From assembly GCA_965657355.1 (NCBI GenBank), contig CBFHOE010000016.1, positions 37,103 through 48,456 of the forward strand: a DNA stretch of 11,354 nucleotides, given 5' to 3'. The position numbers and the translations under genes were made by a program. Positions 8,081-11,354 of this stretch are shown in pieces (position 1 is the first letter of the stretch; the number at the start of each line of letters is the position of its first letter). This DNA is from Limisphaerales bacterium. Its GTDB lineage: Bacteria > Verrucomicrobiota > Verrucomicrobiia > Limisphaerales > JAJOIW01. The notes under the pieces are model-generated. The model was not told the DNA's origin, searched no databases, and was given only the letters and a program-made list of their open reading frames with translations.

Positions 8081-9664
8081 ATGCGCAATTTTGCCTTTTT
8101 AATTATCATCATTCTTAAACTTGGAATGGCTGATTTATTTGCCACAGAAAAGAAACCTAATTTTGTATTTATTTTAGTGGACGACCTTGGAAAAATGGAT
8201 CTCAGCTGTGAAGGTGCCACGTTTTATGAAACTCCTAACATAGATTCAATCGCGTACTCTGCTTTGCGCTTTGAACATGGTTATTCTGCCTGTCAAGTTT
8301 GCAGCCCCTCTCGCGCTTCTATTCAAACTGGAAAATACCCTTTTCGTGTAAAGATCACTGATTACATTTCGGTCAGAGGAGGCAATCAGCCTGAAAAATG
8401 GCGACGAAACACCAAGCTTCTACCGGCGGCATATGCTCCAAAACTTTCCTTAGATGAAATAACCATAGCGGAGGCATTAAAAAAAGGAGGGTATTCTACT
8501 TTTTTCGCGGGGAAATGGCATCTTGGAGAAAAGGGCTATGGCCCTACGGATCAGGGGTATGAGGTCAATGTTGGAGGACACCATGCTGGTACGCCTCCTG
8601 GTGGATACTTTTCCCCTTACCGTAACCCTGAGATGACTGACGGGCCAGTTGGTGAAGAGCTGCCTATCCGTTTAGGATCTGATACTGCCAATTTCATAAA
8701 AACGCATATTTCAAATCATAGTGACAAACCGTTTTTCGCCATGCTTTCTTTTTACTCCGTACATGGGCCAATCCAAACTTCTGAGCAACGCTGGAAAAAG
8801 TATCAATCTAAGGCCGATTCCATGGGGCTAACAAAAAGATCTAAGCCGAGATTTATTTTGGATAGAACAAAAGAAGTTCGGCAGGTGCAAGACCATCCTG
8901 TGTATGCCGGGATGATGGAGTCAATGGACGAAGCCGTTGGTATGGTCTTGGAATCGCTTAGATTCTCAGGTATCGAAGATAATACAATTGTTATTTTTAC
9001 CTCAGATAATGGAGGCGTCTCCTCTGGTGATGGGTTCGCTACCAGCTGCCTTCCTTTCCGAGGGGGCAAGGGGAGACAATGGGAGGGTGGTATCAGACAA
9101 CCCTATTACATTAAAGTGCCAGGAAAAACTAATGGTCAGATATGTAATGTGCCCGTCAATGGAACAGACTTCTATCCTACAATCTTGGCATTGGCTGGAT
9201 TGCAACTCATGCCGGAACAACACACCGATGGAGTGAGTTTATTGCCGCTTATCAATGGCAAAACGATTCCAAAACGATCCCTCATATGGCACTACCCACA
9301 TTATGGCAATCAGGGAGGAGAACCATCTAGTATTATTCGAAAAGACAATTTAAAGTTGATTCACTATCATGAAGACTCCCGGGTTGAACTCTATGACCTT
9401 TCATCGGACCTTGGCGAACAAAAAAATATTGCCCACGAACATGTCGAGGTAGTGGCAAATCTCTCAAGAGAAATGAAATCATTTCTTACCCGGACCGGAG
9501 CTGAATACCCAACAATTAATCCAAACTGGAATATGGAAAATTACAAAAGATCCATGAAAAATCTTGAAGAAAAAGGTATGCCTAATCGGGAAAAACAGCA
9601 TTCAGCGTTTCTAAAGACAAACTATAGGCCATCAAGAGGGTGGTGGCAGTCGGCAGGAAAATAA
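8081..9664 (+). CDS. Family S1 sulfatase (arylsulfatase A-like), with N-terminal hydrophobic signal
   Basis: KKPNFVFILVDDLG, YETPNID, CSPSRASIQTG (Cys at 8300-8302), GKWHLG, FTSDNGG, GKG..WEGGIR.P, ELYDL..D.GE..N. Confidence 0.95.
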   Translation: MRNFAFLIIIILKLGMADLFATEKKPNFVFILVDDLGKMDLSCEGATFYETPNIDSIAYSALRFEHGYSACQVCSPSRASIQTGKYPFRVKITDYISVRGGNQPEKWRRNTKLLPAAYAPKLSLDEITIAEALKKGGYSTFFAGKWHLGEKGYGPTDQGYEVNVGGHHAGTPPGGYFSPYRNPEMTDGPVGEELPIRLGSDTANFIKTHISNHSDKPFFAMLSFYSVHGPIQTSEQRWKKYQSKADSMGLTKRSKPRFILDRTKEVRQVQDHPVYAGMMESMDEAVGMVLESLRFSGIEDNTIVIFTSDNGGVSSGDGFATSCLPFRGGKGRQWEGGIRQPYYIKVPGKTNGQICNVPVNGTDFYPTILALAGLQLMPEQHTDGVSLLPLINGKTIPKRSLIWHYPHYGNQGGEPSSIIRKDNLKLIHYHEDSRVELYDLSSDLGEQKNIAHEHVEVVANLSREMKSFLTRTGAEYPTINPNWNMENYKRSMKNLEEKGMPNREKQHSAFLKTNYRPSRGWWQSAGK

Positions 9665-9682
9665 ATAAAAAATTATATCCAA

Positions 9683-10024
9683 ATGGAAAAGCTGAATCAA
9701 TGCGGGCTAAAAGACAAGTTTTGTGTTTGTATCACTACGGTTGACGACCCAGAGAAAGCTGCAGATATAGCAAAACATCTTTTAGAAAAAAGATTGGTAG
9801 CCTGCGCTCAAATTTTCCCTCATAAAAGTTTCTATTGGTGGGAGGAGCAAATTTGCGAGGCGGCGGAGTTCCAAATTATGTCAAAAACCCAGACTATTCA
9901 TTGCGATGAAATTTCAAAAACGATTTGTGATATTCACCCTTATCAGGTGCCTGAAATTATTTTTGTTCCTGTCGAGTCTGGCCTAAATCAATATGTAAAT
10001 TGGATCAAAGAAAATACCTCCTAA
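9683..10024 (+). CDS. cutA: Divalent-cation tolerance protein CutA
   Basis: 113 aa with A..IA..LLEKRLVACAQI, SFYWWEEQI, HPYQVPEII and Y..WI, all CutA1 family hallmarks. Confidence 0.93.
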   Translation: MEKLNQCGLKDKFCVCITTVDDPEKAADIAKHLLEKRLVACAQIFPHKSFYWWEEQICEAAEFQIMSKTQTIHCDEISKTICDIHPYQVPEIIFVPVESGLNQYVNWIKENTS

Positions 10025-10208
10025 TTAGAAAAATTACAGAACTTTTAAATTGTTGTGCAAGAACAGTTTCCCGTGTGTGGTTGAATAGATTTTCATCTGA
10101 TTTTTCCAAACAAAAGACTCTCAGTTGAGCGCAGCCGACAAATAAATAATTTTTTAAGAAACCTATAACGACTCAAGTAGTATAAATATGATTCCGCTTA
10201 AATAAGAG

Positions 10209-10682
10209 ATGAAAGGAATCGTGATGCTACAGAATATCTGGACAAGGATTCGGAATGTCCTTTTAGTCTCTAGCACCACATCATGTCATCTTAAATTCTT
10301 TATTAACGAATGTCTCGAGCAATGCTCATGCAGGAGCTGTAAAAGTACGTTTGCGATCGGTCTATGGAATATTACTCAATTAAGTTTTGGGTTATACAAA
10401 AAATTACTGATCGGTATGTTCGATAGGAGTGGTTGTTGTGGAGGTGTGAAAGGGTTTCCCTCAGGTGTAAAATCCGTCATGTTAAATTCTTTGCGAGTCC
10501 TTGCTAAAGTGAAGGGTAATGGGCTTGCTGCCATAAAGAATCTAGCTTTCGCATTTGGCTGTGGGAAGAACCTGAATGACAGTCGGGAGCCAGTGAACGG
10601 TATATGTGAGGTATTAAAATACCAGATGGGATCAGATGAAAACTCAAAGTTATTTTTGATTCGTGATCAACAGATACTTTGA
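10209..10682 (+). CDS. Hypothetical protein (orphan, Cys-rich)
   Basis: 157-codon open frame in otherwise unassigned AT-rich DNA. The codon-aligned antisense frame has many stops, so it is not a shadow of that frame. AAGAG lies at the start and a perfect hairpin follows 16 nt after the stop. No family recognised. Alternative ATG at 10224. Confidence 0.45.
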   Translation: MKGIVMLQNIWTRIRNVLLVSSTTSCHLKFFINECLEQCSCRSCKSTFAIGLWNITQLSFGLYKKLLIGMFDRSGCCGGVKGFPSGVKSVMLNSLRVLAKVKGNGLAAIKNLAFAFGCGKNLNDSREPVNGICEVLKYQMGSDENSKLFLIRDQQIL

Positions 10683-10698
10683 ATAAAAAGATGTGAAA

Positions 10699-10724
10699 TG
10701 ACACAATTTGGGGAAATTGTGTCA
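10699..10724. repeat. Perfect 11-bp inverted repeat (hairpin or operator)
   Basis: TGACACAATTT-GGGG-AAATTGTGTCA, read directly from the sequence. Confidence 0.8.
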
Positions 10725-10766
10725 CCGGCCCCGACTGATCCTTCCCTTTTCTATAAGCAGAGACTC

Positions 10767-10799
10767 CCCAAAATATCTCCTAAGAGGATTTTGGGTTTT
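10767..10799 (+). terminator. Putative Rho-independent terminator
   Basis: CCCAAAAT (10767-10774) pairs with ATTTTGGG (10788-10795). Inner TCTC/GAGG stem with CTAA loop and one bulged A, followed by TTTT (10796-10799). Confidence 0.55.
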
Positions 10800-10844
10800 A
10801 CTGGTTTCATCGATAAATGCTAAGAAGGATTTATTTCAAATATT

Positions 10845-11354
10845 ATGAGTACGGATAATCAATTTGAATTATTTGATGTGGTTAATCAAAAAGACGAAGT
10901 CGTAGATGTGAAGCCTAGAGGTGAAGTGCACGCGAAAGGCCTCTTACATAGAGCTGTTCACGGATTTGTTTTTAACGCAAAGAAGCAGCTCTTTTTGCAG
11001 AAGAGGTCGATGTCAAAAGACAGTGCCCCCGGAAAATGGGATTCCTCTTTCAGTGGCCACGTCGATTCAGGCGAAACCTATGAAAAAGCATGCGTCAGGG
11101 AATCATTTGAAGAATTGGGTATTACCCTTTCTGCTGCCCCGGCCTGTTTCACAAAAATTCCTGCTTGTAATGAGACTGGTGGGGAATTTACATGCTTATA
11201 TCTTATCAATCATGAAGGTCCTTTTAGGTTGCACCCGGATGAAATCGATGAGGGGAAGTGGATTGAAATTTCTGACCTAAAACGTGAGCTTACTTTATCT
11301 CCTATGGATTTTGCTTCATCATTTAAAAAGGTTTGGTCATCGTATCTATCGAAG
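10845..11354 (+). CDS. NUDIX hydrolase, IPP-isomerase/YfcD-like subfamily (3'-truncated by window edge)
   Basis: Own translation from ATG 10845: MSTDNQFELFDVVNQKDEVVDVKPRGEVHAKGLLHRAVHGFVFNAKKQLFLQKRSMSKDSAPGKWDSSFSGHVDSGETYEKACVRESFEELGI... It is open for 170 codons to the end of the window, with the Nudix box at 11055-11123. Confidence 0.92.
   Translation, partial: MSTDNQFELFDVVNQKDEVVDVKPRGEVHAKGLLHRAVHGFVFNAKKQLFLQKRSMSKDSAPGKWDSSFSGHVDSGETYEKACVRESFEELGITLSAAPACFTKIPACNETGGEFTCLYLINHEGPFRLHPDEIDEGKWIEISDLKRELTLSPMDFASSFKKVWSSYLSK

Noticed and set aside
1236..9236. Short alternative-frame and antisense ORFs (1236-1436, 1544-1792, 1933-2127, 2047-2238, 3132-3416, 3893-4150, 4029-4250, 4409-4651, 7186-7446, 7648-7839, 8035-8220, 8803-9069, 8937-9236, 9002-9223)
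   Set aside because: All overlap well-supported genes and show no recognisable motifs, so they are treated as shadow ORFs.
1922..10024. A single metal-tolerance island joining the CNNM genes and cutA
   Set aside because: They are separated by an oppositely oriented gene and two sulfatases, CutA's role in metal tolerance is not firmly established, and no island boundaries are visible.
10560..10650. 6S RNA-like words (GAACC...GGGAGCC) and the palindrome GGTATT-AA-AATACC at 10610-10623
   Set aside because: No complementary 3' arm forming the long 6S rod was found, and the segment lies inside the orphan ORF.
10504..10725. 73-aa minus-strand ORF with purine-rich upstream sequence, as a type I toxin candidate
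   Set aside because: The SD-like tract is about 14 nt from the GTG, the peptide has no convincing transmembrane helix, and it overlaps the longer plus-strand ORF.
10921..11280. 119-aa ORF from the track
   Set aside because: Out-of-frame overlap with the NUDIX gene starting at 10845, which carries clear family motifs.
1..11354. CRISPR array, tRNA/rRNA, IS element, prophage or defence system
   Set aside because: No regularly spaced repeats, cloverleaf, rRNA-like tract, transposase, integrase or defence-domain motifs were seen by eye.

Overview
AT-rich bacterial chromosomal segment, most likely Verrucomicrobiota (PVC superphylum). This is inferred from the FtsZ tail sequence, an H-X9-DG prepilin-like gene and tandem sulfatases. 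Gene order: 3' end of ftsA; a full-length but strongly degenerate ftsZ; three translationally coupled CNNM/CorB (TlyC/DUF21-CBS) genes; a minus-strand prepilin-type H-X9-DG gene; two secreted family S1 sulfatases transcribed divergently from it; cutA; an orphan Cys-rich ORF followed by a perfect hairpin and a terminator; and a NUDIX hydrolase that runs off the right edge (missed by the ORF track, which shows a wrong-frame ORF). The most striking observation is the FtsZ. It sits in the canonical position after ftsA and keeps an intact FtsA-binding C-terminal peptide, but nearly all GTP-binding and hydrolysis motifs are substituted (GGGTGTG to GRQSGSL, T7 NxDxxD to PxRxxD), suggesting a pseudo-GTPase FtsZ. 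No mobile element, CRISPR array, tRNA or rRNA was seen. All motif comparisons were made by eye; no searches were run.
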